Shown here piece by piece: positions 8,199-16,668 of a DNA stretch of 32,000 nt. Position numbers and translations under genes: made by a program. The DNA comes from Sinorhizobium meliloti (GTDB taxonomy: Bacteria > Pseudomonadota > Alphaproteobacteria > Rhizobiales > Rhizobiaceae). The stretch spans positions 450,001 to 482,000 of the forward strand of contig NZ_JAGIOS010000002.1 of assembly GCF_017876815.1 (NCBI RefSeq). Direction: 5' to 3'. The first letter of the stretch is position 1, and each line of letters starts with the position of its first letter. Under the pieces are notes generated by a model. It was not told the origin of the DNA, searched no databases, and saw nothing but the letters and a program-made list of their open reading frames with translations.

Positions 8199-9638
8199 TC
8201 AGGCCGCCCCGCGTTCCTCTATCGGCCGGACGTTCTGGTTCATCCGGAAGAGATTGAGCGGGTCGTAATGCCGCTTGATCTCGACGAGCCGGCCATAGTT
8301 CGCGCCGTAGGCGGCCTCGACCCGGTCCATCTCGTCCTCAGGCATGAAATTGACGTAGGCCGTGCCGGCGGCATGGGGTTTTGCCGCCTCGAAGAGATGC
8401 CTCGCCCAGTCGATGCAGGCCTGGTCCATCGCCGGGTCCCGCCATCGGCCATGCACGTTCATGACGAAGTGCGAGTTGCGCTGCGGGAAAGCGGTTTCCT
8501 CGGGCGCGACGCGACCGGCGGCGCCGCCGACATGGGCGATGAATATCTCGCATTCCGGGCCCGGCAACTGCCGGATTGATTCGGTGAGAATCCCGATCGC
8601 CTGATCGGAAAGCTCCATGAAGTCGTGGCTCTTCCAGTAGTTGCGGGCACCCGGAGCGAGTAAGGGGTCGAAAGCCTGCTGCCAGCCGACGAAGGGATGC
8701 GGCGATACCACGTCGGCGATCGGGTTGCCGATCGCCCGCAGCCCCGCCATCGCCTTCTCGCCCGCTTCGAGATCGCCGCAATAGCACATGGCGAGCACGA
8801 CGACCTCCTTGCCGTGCCATTCGGTCGGAAGGAAGGGCAGCGGCGGCGCCTGGCGCATCACCACCCAGCAGGTGAGTTCGTCCGGCGCATTTTCGAGCGC
8901 CTGCCTATATTGCTGAAGCACGCTTCCGGCTTCGGCAAAGGGATGGATGACGAGCCCGGAGAGCACCTCGGGGCCGAGTTCGTGCAGGCGGAATTCGAAG
9001 GTCGTCACGACCCCGAAATTGCCGCCGCCGCCCCTGATGGCCCAGAAAAGGTCGCGGTGTTCGGTGGGGCTCGCCCGCACCAGCTCGCCGTTCGCCGTGA
9101 CCACATCGGCCGAAAGCAGGTTGTCGATCGTCAATCCGAATTTGCGCGTGATCCAGCCGAACCCGCCGCCGAGCGTCAGGCCGGCAATACCGGTTGTCGA
9201 GTTGATGCCGGTCGGCAATGCAAGACGGAAGGCCTGCGTCTCCATGTCCAGATCGGCAAGCGTCGCTCCCGGCTCGACCCAGGCCGTCTTCGTCGTCGCA
9301 TCGACCCGAACCGACTTCATCGGCGTGAGATCGATTACCATGCCGCCGTCGCAGACCGCGTTGCCGGCGATGTTGTGACCGCCGCCGCGCACCGCGACGA
9401 GCAACTGGTTCTCCGCCGCGAAGCGCACCGCATTGACGACGTCGGCAGCTCCAGCGCATTGCACGATAAGCCCGGGCCTACGGTCGATCATGCCGTTCCA
9501 GATCGTGCGCGCCTCGTAATAGGCGGCGTCGGTCGCAATCAGGACGCGCCCGCGAAGGCGCGCGGTAAATGCCTCGATTGCCGCGGCGCTGACCATTGTT
9601 ATTCCGCTTTGTAGATTGGTGAGGCTCATGTCGTTCAT
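8199..9638 (-). CDS. FAD-binding oxidoreductase with C-terminal berberine-bridge-enzyme (BBE) domain
   Basis: FAD_binding_4 signature VAVRGGGHNIAG...GGFGWITRKFGLTIDNLL...LFWAIRGGGGNFGVVT, and a BBE-like end YVNF...YGANYGRLVEIKRHYDPLNLFRMNQNVRP. Start taken at MNDMSL (ATG at complement of 9636-9638) behind SD GGGAGGAG; the ORF track extends to 9710. Confidence 0.9.
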   Translation of the reverse strand: MNDMSLTNLQSGITMVSAAAIEAFTARLRGRVLIATDAAYYEARTIWNGMIDRRPGLIVQCAGAADVVNAVRFAAENQLLVAVRGGGHNIAGNAVCDGGMVIDLTPMKSVRVDATTKTAWVEPGATLADLDMETQAFRLALPTGINSTTGIAGLTLGGGFGWITRKFGLTIDNLLSADVVTANGELVRASPTEHRDLFWAIRGGGGNFGVVTTFEFRLHELGPEVLSGLVIHPFAEAGSVLQQYRQALENAPDELTCWVVMRQAPPLPFLPTEWHGKEVVVLAMCYCGDLEAGEKAMAGLRAIGNPIADVVSPHPFVGWQQAFDPLLAPGARNYWKSHDFMELSDQAIGILTESIRQLPGPECEIFIAHVGGAAGRVAPEETAFPQRNSHFVMNVHGRWRDPAMDQACIDWARHLFEAAKPHAAGTAYVNFMPEDEMDRVEAAYGANYGRLVEIKRHYDPLNLFRMNQNVRPIEERGAA

Positions 9639-9881
9639 GATTCGCTCCTCCCGCGGTGAACCATTGCCCCCAGCGGCGGGCATTCTGCGCCTTTGCCCTG
9701 CACCCGGCAAGCAGACCCGCGGTCGCCGCCCCTAGTCCTTTGGAGTTAGGTTGCAGGGCGCCGACACGGGTTCCCGCCACCGCAATTGTTGCAATCGCGG
9801 CTAAAATGCTCCAATGAACCGCCGGCGCGGCAATCCGCGAAATGGCGGTCGAAGGCAGTATGGAGAGGGAAAGTCGTGGGC

Positions 9882-10649
9882 ATGAAGGTGGTCATTCTCG
9901 CCGGCGGATACGGCACCCGCATTTCGGAGGAGAGCCACCTCAGGCCGAAGCCTATGATCGAGATCGGCGGGCGCCCGATCCTCTGGCACATCATGAAGAT
10001 CTACAGCCATTACGGCTTTTCGGATTTCGTTATCTGCCTCGGCTATCGCGGCTACATGATCAAGGAGTACTTCTCCAACTACGTTCTGCATTCCTCCGAC
10101 GTCACCTTCGACATGGCGACGGGCGAAACAGCCTATCACACGAAGAGTGCCGAACCCTGGCGGGTGACGCTGGTCGATACGGGACCGGAATCCATGACCG
10201 GCGGCCGCCTGAAGCGTGTCGCCGGCTATCTCGGCGATACCTTCTGCCTGACCTATGGCGACGGCGTCGCCGATGTCGACGTTCGCGCGCTCACCGAATT
10301 CCATTTGCGTCACGGCCGCGAGGCGACGGTGACGAGCGTCGTGCCGCCGGGGCGCTATGGTGCGCTCGCCACCGAAGCCGGGCAGGTCATGAGCTTTACC
10401 GAAAAGCCGGCCGGCGACAACGGCCGTATCAATGGCGGCTTCTTCGTTCTCAATCGCTCCGTGCTCGACCGCATCGCGGGGGATGACGTCGCCTTCGAAA
10501 GCGCGCCGCTCGAGGGCCTGGCGCGCGACCGGCAGCTGATGGCATTCCCGCATGACGGTTTCTGGCGCCCGATGGACACGCTGCGCGACAAGACCCAGCT
10601 CGAGGAGCTCTGGCAGCAGAACCGCGCTCCCTGGAAGATCTGGGCATGA
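9882..10649 (+). CDS. rfbF: Glucose-1-phosphate cytidylyltransferase
   Basis: 256 aa from MKVVILAGGYGTRISEESHLRPKPMIEIGGRPILWHIMKIYSHYG...GFWRPMDTLRDK, full-length RfbF/DdhA pattern. Start at ATG 9882, not the track's 9786. Confidence 0.95.
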   Translation: MKVVILAGGYGTRISEESHLRPKPMIEIGGRPILWHIMKIYSHYGFSDFVICLGYRGYMIKEYFSNYVLHSSDVTFDMATGETAYHTKSAEPWRVTLVDTGPESMTGGRLKRVAGYLGDTFCLTYGDGVADVDVRALTEFHLRHGREATVTSVVPPGRYGALATEAGQVMSFTEKPAGDNGRINGGFFVLNRSVLDRIAGDDVAFESAPLEGLARDRQLMAFPHDGFWRPMDTLRDKTQLEELWQQNRAPWKIWA

Positions 10650-11716
10650 GCCGTCTCCCTGATCCGGAATTCTGGGCGGGAAAGCGCGTCCTGCTAACCG
10701 GCCATACGGGCTTCAAGGGGAGCTGGGCGGCTGTATGGCTCAAAGAGATGGGCGCGCATGTGACCGGCTATGCCCTTCCGCCCGCCTCCCGGCCGTCGCT
10801 CCATGACTTGCTGCATCCGAGCGGAGCCCTGGGCGGGCAATTCGGCGATATACGCGACGGGGAAGCGCTTGCGACGATTGCACGGAAGAGCGAGCCGGAG
10901 ATCGTCCTGCATATGGCGGCGCAGCCGCTGGTCCGCGAAAGCTATGCGGCGCCTGCCGAAACCTTCGACGTCAATGTCATGGGCACGGTCCGGCTGCTCG
11001 AAGCGGCCCGTGCGACGCCTTCCGTGAAAGCCGTTCTCGTTGTGACGACCGACAAGGTCTATCGCAACGACGAGAGCGGACGGCATTTCCGGGAGAGCGA
11101 CACGCTCGGCGGGCACGACCCCTATTCGGGCTCCAAGGCAGCCTGCGAGCTTGCCGTCGCAACCTGGCGCAGCGCCTATCTTAGAGAGTGCGGCATTCGC
11201 GTCGCCACGGCACGAGGCGGCAATGTGATCGGCGGCGGCGACTTTTCCGCCGACCGGCTGGTGCCCGACGTCGTGCGCGCCGCGCTTTCCGGCACCCGGC
11301 TCAACATCCGCAGCCCGCTCGCGACGCGCCCCTGGCAGCACGTGCTCGATTGTCTCAACGGCTATTTTCTCTTCGCCGAGGCGCTCTTCAAGGGCGAAAG
11401 CGATGTCGACGCGCTGAATTTCGGCCCCTCGCCCTCCGAGCAGGCGATCCCCGTGCGCGACGTGGCGAACGCGGTGCAGGCCGCGATGGGGCTCGACCCC
11501 GAATGGGACGACGTCTCGGCGCTCGAGCAACCGCGCGAGATGCGAACGCTCGGCCTTGATCCGGCTCTCGCCGGCGAGACCCTCGCCTGGCGCCCCCGCC
11601 TCGCCCAGAGCCAGGCGATCGAGTGGACCGCGCGCTGGTACGACGGCTGGCGTCGCGGCGAAGCTGCGCGTCAGCTCACGCTCGATCAGATAGAAGCATT
11701 CACGAAAGGCCGTTGA
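10646..11716 (+). CDS. rfbG: CDP-glucose 4,6-dehydratase
   Basis: 356 aa. FWAGKRVLLTGHTGFKGSWAAVWL (Rossmann), YSGSKAACE (YxxxK) and RPWQHVLD motifs. ATGA overlap with the rfbF stop. Confidence 0.95.
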   Translation: MSRLPDPEFWAGKRVLLTGHTGFKGSWAAVWLKEMGAHVTGYALPPASRPSLHDLLHPSGALGGQFGDIRDGEALATIARKSEPEIVLHMAAQPLVRESYAAPAETFDVNVMGTVRLLEAARATPSVKAVLVVTTDKVYRNDESGRHFRESDTLGGHDPYSGSKAACELAVATWRSAYLRECGIRVATARGGNVIGGGDFSADRLVPDVVRAALSGTRLNIRSPLATRPWQHVLDCLNGYFLFAEALFKGESDVDALNFGPSPSEQAIPVRDVANAVQAAMGLDPEWDDVSALEQPREMRTLGLDPALAGETLAWRPRLAQSQAIEWTARWYDGWRRGEAARQLTLDQIEAFTKGR

Positions 11717-11722
11717 CCCAAG

Positions 11723-12955
11723 ATGTCCCACTCCTGCCGCTTCTGCTCGACCCCGCTTGAAACCGTTGTGGCCGACCTCGGGGCGACGCCCTGGTCCAAC
11801 TCGTTTCTCGAACCGACCGAGGAGGCGATCGCCCGGGAGAAGGCTTTTCCGCTGAAGGTGATGGTCTGTTCCGAATGCCTGCTCGTCCAGACGACGGAGA
11901 CGGTCCCGGCCGACGAAATCTTCAACGCCGACTACCACTATCTCTCGTCATTCTCGACGAGCTGGCTCGACCATGCGCGCCGTTATGCAGAGGCGATGGC
12001 CGAACGCTTCGCTCTCGACGGCCGCTCGCAGGTGGTGGAAGTCGCGTCGAATGACGGCTATCTGCTGCAGTATTTCGCCGCCAAGCGAATTCCGGTGCTC
12101 GGCGTCGAGCCGGCGGCCAATGCCGCGAGGATCGCCGAAGGCCGCAACGTGCCGACTCATGTCGCCTTCTTCGGCCGCGACACAGCCAACGCGCTCGTCG
12201 CCCGCGGCATCCGCGCCGATCTCACCGCCGCCAACAATGTGCTTGCGCATGTGCCGGATATCGCCGATTTCGTCAGCGGCTTTGCGATCCTCCTGAAGCC
12301 GGACGGCGTCGCTACCTTCGAGTTTCCGCACCTCCTGCGGCTGATCGAAGGCATCCAATTCGACACGATCTATCACGAGCACTATTCCTACCTGTCGCTC
12401 GCGGCCGTCGAACGTATCTTCGCCGCTTGCGGGCTGAAGGTCTTCGATGTAGAGGAACTGCCTACCCATGGCGGCTCGCTGCGCGTCTACGCCCAGCCGG
12501 TGACCGGAACGAGACCGGCGACCGAGACGCTCGCCGAAGTGCGGGCCGAGGAGGAAAGCGTCGGGCTCACGCAGATGCCCACCTACGCCGCCTTCGGCAA
12601 GCGCATCGCTTCGGTCTGCGATGGATTCCGCGCGTTTCTCGCGGACGCCAGAAGCGAGAACAAGCGCGTGGCGGCTTATGGCGCGGCGGCAAAGGGCAAC
12701 ACCTTCCTGAACGTCTGCGGGCTCACCGCGTCGGACATCGACTTCATCGTCGACCGCAACGATCTGAAGCAGGGCAAGCTCTCGCCCGGCAGCCACATTC
12801 CGATCTACGATCCCGCCAGGATCGAGGCCGTAAAACCCGACTATGTCGTCATCCTGCCCTGGAACCTGACCGACGAGATCGTCGCCGCCCACGCCTATAT
12901 CCGCTCCTGGGGCGGCCGCTTCGTCGTCGCCATTCCGCAAGTGCGGGTGATCTGA
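11723..12955 (+). CDS. NDP-hexose C-methyltransferase (TylCIII/EvaC-like; Zn-ribbon Methyltransf_13 + Methyltransf_14 architecture)
   Basis: 410 aa. N-terminal CRFC...CSEC zinc ribbon, SAM motif VVEVASNDGYLL, HEHYSYLS motif and a C-terminal domain ending PWNLTDEI, as in sugar C-methyltransferases. It starts 6 nt after rfbG. Confidence 0.85.
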   Translation: MSHSCRFCSTPLETVVADLGATPWSNSFLEPTEEAIAREKAFPLKVMVCSECLLVQTTETVPADEIFNADYHYLSSFSTSWLDHARRYAEAMAERFALDGRSQVVEVASNDGYLLQYFAAKRIPVLGVEPAANAARIAEGRNVPTHVAFFGRDTANALVARGIRADLTAANNVLAHVPDIADFVSGFAILLKPDGVATFEFPHLLRLIEGIQFDTIYHEHYSYLSLAAVERIFAACGLKVFDVEELPTHGGSLRVYAQPVTGTRPATETLAEVRAEEESVGLTQMPTYAAFGKRIASVCDGFRAFLADARSENKRVAAYGAAAKGNTFLNVCGLTASDIDFIVDRNDLKQGKLSPGSHIPIYDPARIEAVKPDYVVILPWNLTDEIVAAHAYIRSWGGRFVVAIPQVRVI

Positions 12956-12972
12956 GCCGGGCTGCCTGCACC

Positions 12973-13860
12973 TCATTCGCCCAGGCTGCCCGATCGCCTC
13001 CGGTATTCCGACGGGCTGCATCCCATCAGATCCTGGAACTGGGTCGACAGGTGAAAGGCCGAGCTAAATCCGAGCAAGGCGGCAATTTCCTTGATAGGCT
13101 TATCCGTATTGGTCAGGATGTCCTGTGTCCGCCGGATCCTGAGCGCCATCTGGTGCTGCTTGGGTGAGGCTCCCGTCTTCTCCTTGAATACCCTCCGGAA
13201 ATAGGAATAGCTGACACCGAGTTCGCGGGCGATTTCCTCGACCGGCATCTGGTCCGCACAGCGTTCCATCAAGAGCACGCGCGCCCTTTCGACCAGCCGG
13301 TCCGCAGGAGCAGCGGAGGCGCCTTCCTGCTGCTGTGAGAGTAGCGCCAGCAATTGCAGGCCGAGCGTTGATAGAACCGGCTGGTTTTTCAAACCGTCTT
13401 CGACAGCACGGTCGTGAATCTCATCGAAAATGGCGGCGAATTCCGGCCCCGAGGGCAAGACGGGGCGCGCGGGGTCGATTAGGCCAATCGCACGCGCAAA
13501 GTCGAATGCCGCGCTTCGGCATTCTATCCAGTTCTCCGTCCAGCCCAGTTCCGGATCCGGAGCAAACCGATGCCAGACGCCGGGGAACAGGAGAACGATC
13601 GATCCGCCTTCCACCAGTTGCGTTTTCCCGCGCCGTCCGAATTCGAACATGCCCCGCCCGTCCGCGATCAGGATCACCTGATAGGCCTGGAGGATCCTCC
13701 CTCTTTTCCAGTCGAAGTGGTGGTCATCGGGATGACGTATCGGCGGGTAGATCGAATGCGGAGGTATTTTCGTATGGCCGGTCGATACTGCCGTGCACCC
13801 CCAGGCCGAACACAGCCTGTTATCGGGCAGATAGAGGAAATAGTTCTCCGCCAAAGGCAT
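12973..13860 (-). CDS. AraC-family transcriptional regulator (cupin-like sensor + dual HTH)
   Basis: 295 aa. C-terminal AraC HTH: VEEIARELGVSYSYFRRVFKEKTGASPKQH...IKEIAALLGFSSAFHLSTQFQDLMGCSPSEYR. Confidence 0.9.
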   Translation of the reverse strand: MPLAENYFLYLPDNRLCSAWGCTAVSTGHTKIPPHSIYPPIRHPDDHHFDWKRGRILQAYQVILIADGRGMFEFGRRGKTQLVEGGSIVLLFPGVWHRFAPDPELGWTENWIECRSAAFDFARAIGLIDPARPVLPSGPEFAAIFDEIHDRAVEDGLKNQPVLSTLGLQLLALLSQQQEGASAAPADRLVERARVLLMERCADQMPVEEIARELGVSYSYFRRVFKEKTGASPKQHQMALRIRRTQDILTNTDKPIKEIAALLGFSSAFHLSTQFQDLMGCSPSEYRRRSGSLGE

Positions 13861-13868
13861 CCCCTCAG

Positions 13869-13899
13869 GATCACTTTTTATATGCTTCTGATCATTTTT
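13869..13899. promoter_or_regulatory. Direct repeat GATCA(C)TTTTT x2 spaced 21 bp; candidate AraC-family operator
   Basis: GATCACTTTTT at 13869-13879 and GATCATTTTT at 13890-13899 lie in the AT-rich stretch just upstream of the AraC start, within the AraC/isomerase divergent region. AraC-type regulators typically bind direct repeats about two helical turns apart. Confidence 0.35.
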
Positions 13900-14022
13900 G
13901 CGGAAAAGACCATGATGTCAATCCGCATGGCCGATGCTAGGGTTTACCCGGGGATGCAAGTTTCGGCTGTCGGCAACGGAAGCCGCCATGGCCGCAGGGA
14001 GAGCGCGGTCCTCGGAGGAGAT

Positions 14023-14109
14023 ATGATGAACCGATCGCCGCACGGGGCAGCAGGCACGAGCCTGCTGCCGGAGCATGATCTTTGCCTTGCGGTTGCGGGG
14101 CGCTCATGA
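14023..14109 (+). CDS. Candidate 28-codon leader ORF translationally coupled to the isomerase gene
   Basis: Strong SD GGAGGAG (14014-14020), then ATGATG, reading MMNRSPHGAAGTSLLPEHDLCLAVAGRS. Its TGA (14107-14109) overlaps the isomerase ATG (14106-14108) as ATGA. No homology evidence is available. Confidence 0.3.
   Translation: MMNRSPHGAAGTSLLPEHDLCLAVAGRS
14046..14069 (+). promoter_or_regulatory. Perfect 10-bp stem / 4-nt loop hairpin in the isomerase leader
   Basis: GGCAGCAGGC-ACGA-GCCTGCTGCC, inside the candidate leader ORF and 37 nt upstream of the isomerase ATG. No U-tract follows it. Confidence 0.4.
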
Positions 14110-15533
14110 CGGACCGCATCTTGAAGGTGGGCCTCTTCGGCATCGGTCTGTCCACTTACTGGCCCCAGTTTGAGAGCCTGGAGGATCGGCTCACAGGCTA
14201 TGTCGGACAGATGGCCGAGAAATTGGCCCGACCCGACATCGAGGTGGTGAACCTGGGCCTCATCGACTCTGCCGAGGCGGCATACGACGCTGGTCACCGC
14301 TTTCGCGAGGCCGATGTCGATATCATATTCCTTCACGTCACTACCTATGCTCTGTCGTCCACCGTTCTGCCCGTGGTCCGGCGAGCCCGCGTGCCGGTGG
14401 TGATCCTCAATCTTCAGCCTGCGGCCGCGATCGACTACCACAGCTTCAATGCGCTCGGCGACAGGACCAAGATGACCGGTGACTGGCTCGCCCATTGCGG
14501 AGCCTGCCCGGTACCGGAAATCGCCAATGTGTTCCGGCGGTCCGGCATCGCGTTCCACCAGATCACGGGCATGCTCAACGGCGATCCGCATGTCGACCGG
14601 GAGATTGGCGACTGGATGGACGCGGCGCGGGTCGCCCATGTCATGGCACATAACCGCCTGGGCGTGATGGGCCGGTACTATAACGGCATGCTCGACATCT
14701 ATTCCGACCTGACCGCCCAAGCGGCCGCCTTCGGAACCCACATCGAGATCGTCGAGATCGACGAGCTCGCCCGGCTCCGGCGCGAGGCGACCGAGGCGGA
14801 GGTCGAGCTTTGCCTCGAAAATATCCGGAGCGAGTTCGACATCCAGCCGGACTGCGATCCCGCCGAACTGCACCGGGCAGCGCATACGGCCGTGGCCCTG
14901 CGCAAGCTTGCCGAGCAGAAAAGGCTCGGCTCGCTCGCCTACTATTACGAATCGGTGGCGGGGCATGAATACGAGGATCTCATCGCATCGGTGATCGTCG
15001 GGTGCTCGCTTCTGACGGCGGCAGGCATTCCGGTCGCGGGCGAGTACGAGATCAAGAACGCCCAGGCGATGAAGATCATGGACACCTTCGGCGCGGGCGG
15101 ATCCTTCACCGAATACTACGCCATGGACTTCAACGACGACGTCGTCGTCATGGGGCATGACGGACCGGGGCACATCAAGGTTTCGGAAGGCAGAACGAAG
15201 ATACGTCCCCTCAAGGTTTATCACGGCAAGGTCGGCTCCGGCATCAGCGTCGAAATGTCCGTCAGGCATGGTCCCGTGACGCTTCTTTCCGTGATCGAGC
15301 GTGAGGGCCGGATCGTCCTCCTATGTGCGGAGGGACAATCCGTGCCTGGTCCGGTTCTCGAGATCGGGAATACCAACAGCCGCTACAAGTTCGATGTCGG
15401 GGCGCGCCGTTTCGTGGAGGACTGGAACGCGCAGGGACCGGCGCATCACTGCGCCGTCGGCGTCGGTCACATCGCCCGCAAGATCGCAAAACTCGGCGAA
15501 CTTCTCGGTCTGCAAGTGGTCCAGGTGTGCTGA
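14106..15533 (+). CDS. L-arabinose isomerase-family (AraA/FucI-like) sugar isomerase
   Basis: 475 aa from MTDRILKVGLFGIG. Metal/catalytic-site-like positions VAGEYEIKNA, GGSFTEYYAMDF, VMGHDGPGH and GPAHHCAVGVGH are collinear with AGEGDWK, TSFMEDY, LGSHMLE and GAHH of E. coli AraA as I recall it. Confidence 0.85.
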   Translation: MTDRILKVGLFGIGLSTYWPQFESLEDRLTGYVGQMAEKLARPDIEVVNLGLIDSAEAAYDAGHRFREADVDIIFLHVTTYALSSTVLPVVRRARVPVVILNLQPAAAIDYHSFNALGDRTKMTGDWLAHCGACPVPEIANVFRRSGIAFHQITGMLNGDPHVDREIGDWMDAARVAHVMAHNRLGVMGRYYNGMLDIYSDLTAQAAAFGTHIEIVEIDELARLRREATEAEVELCLENIRSEFDIQPDCDPAELHRAAHTAVALRKLAEQKRLGSLAYYYESVAGHEYEDLIASVIVGCSLLTAAGIPVAGEYEIKNAQAMKIMDTFGAGGSFTEYYAMDFNDDVVVMGHDGPGHIKVSEGRTKIRPLKVYHGKVGSGISVEMSVRHGPVTLLSVIEREGRIVLLCAEGQSVPGPVLEIGNTNSRYKFDVGARRFVEDWNAQGPAHHCAVGVGHIARKIAKLGELLGLQVVQVC

Positions 15534-15606
15534 ACGGACAAATCCGGGAGAGCTGCAACTCGAGACCCGCGAGAAACCTATAGTCAACAGGTGAGGAGGA
15601 CCTGAA

Positions 15607-16668
15607 ATGCCTGCAGAAAAATCAACGAACTTCATCCGAGCGCGGCGGCTGATCGGCCTGTTCTTTGCCGCCACCATGGGGCTGGCAAGCCCGATGGCGA
15701 CCGCGGCGGAGATCAATCTGGACGCACCAGCCCCGACCTTTCCTCCCGAGATCGCCAAGTTTCAGGCGATCGAGCCCGGCAGCGCCGAAGGCCTGACAAT
15801 CGGATTCACCCAGCTCATTCTCGGCGTCCCCTTCCCCGATGCACTTCAGGCCGGCATGGAGAAGGCTGCTGAAACGGCCGGCTTCAAGCTGGTCACCTGC
15901 GACTCCAAGCTCGACGCAGCGACGGCACTCAACTGCGCCCGCCAGTTCAAGACCCAGAATGTCGACGGCCTCGTCACCTTTCAGGCGGACGCCGCCGCTG
16001 CTGCCAACATCTGCGCCGAGGGCCCGCAGGTGCCGGTCATCGCCATCGACATCGAACAGAAACCTTGCGAAACGGCCTTCGTCGGTGCCGCCAATTCCTA
16101 TGCCGGCGAGATCGTGGGCCACGAGCTGGGTATGCACTTCGCCAAAAACTTCAACTGCGAGTACGACGCCTTCGTCTCGCTGGAATCGACGGCCGTCGGC
16201 GTCGTCAACGACCAGCGCATGGGCGGCATCCGCAAGGCATTCGAAGCGGTGTGCGGGCCGGTACAGAACCTTCGCATCATCGACACCGGTGCCGGCGGGC
16301 AGGCCGATGCAGCGCAGCGCCAGTTCACTGACACGTTGACGGCTCTTCCCGGCGCCACCAAGGTCATCACGGTCGGCATCAACGAGGACGTCGTCATAGC
16401 CGCCCTTGCGGCGGCGCGCACCCAGGGTCGCAACCAGGACCTGTATCTCGGCGTCCAGAACTTTGACCCCGACAATTGCCAGATCTGGACTGCGTCGCAT
16501 TTCATCGCGACTGCCGCCTATTTCCCGGAGCGGTATGCCGAGCTGATCGTTCCCAATCTGGTGAAGGCCATCAAGGGCGAGACGATCAACCAGCAGATTC
16601 TCGTTCCGCATGAACTGATCACGCCGGAGAACATCTCCAAGGTCTATCCGGAGTTTGCCTGCAAATGA
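15607..16668 (+). CDS. Sugar ABC transporter substrate-binding protein (PBP1/RbsB-like)
   Basis: 353 aa with a signal peptide (LIGLFFAATMGLASPMATAAE) and a periplasmic-binding-protein type 1 pattern (GFTQLILGVPF..., VDGLVTFQ, VIAIDI). Strong SD GAGGAGG. Confidence 0.9.
   Translation: MPAEKSTNFIRARRLIGLFFAATMGLASPMATAAEINLDAPAPTFPPEIAKFQAIEPGSAEGLTIGFTQLILGVPFPDALQAGMEKAAETAGFKLVTCDSKLDAATALNCARQFKTQNVDGLVTFQADAAAAANICAEGPQVPVIAIDIEQKPCETAFVGAANSYAGEIVGHELGMHFAKNFNCEYDAFVSLESTAVGVVNDQRMGGIRKAFEAVCGPVQNLRIIDTGAGGQADAAQRQFTDTLTALPGATKVITVGINEDVVIAALAAARTQGRNQDLYLGVQNFDPDNCQIWTASHFIATAAYFPERYAELIVPNLVKAIKGETINQQILVPHELITPENISKVYPEFACK

Noticed and set aside
9780-9800. Imperfect palindrome CCGCAATTG-TTG-CAATCGCGG about 80 bp upstream of rfbF.
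   Set aside because: It has one mismatch in 9 bp and no second copy or known motif. It is too weak to call a regulatory site.
10694-11938. Long antisense ORFs opposite confidently assigned genes: 10694..11938, 11948..13021, 13944..15269, 15622..16611, 9801..10553, 25801..26817, 26926..27963, 29063..30178, 30291..31640, 24745..25641, 8..670 and 516..1016.
   Set aside because: Their translations are Arg/Gly/Ala/Pro-rich low-complexity strings with no family motifs. Each lies opposite a gene with clear full-length family signatures. These are typical shadow ORFs of high-GC DNA.
14082-14105. ORF-track start (TTG 14082) for the isomerase, adding MPCGCGAL.
   Set aside because: It is a non-ATG codon without an SD. 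ATG 14106 gives the family-typical N-terminus (MTDRILKVGLFGIG) and forms an ATGA junction with the upstream leader frame.
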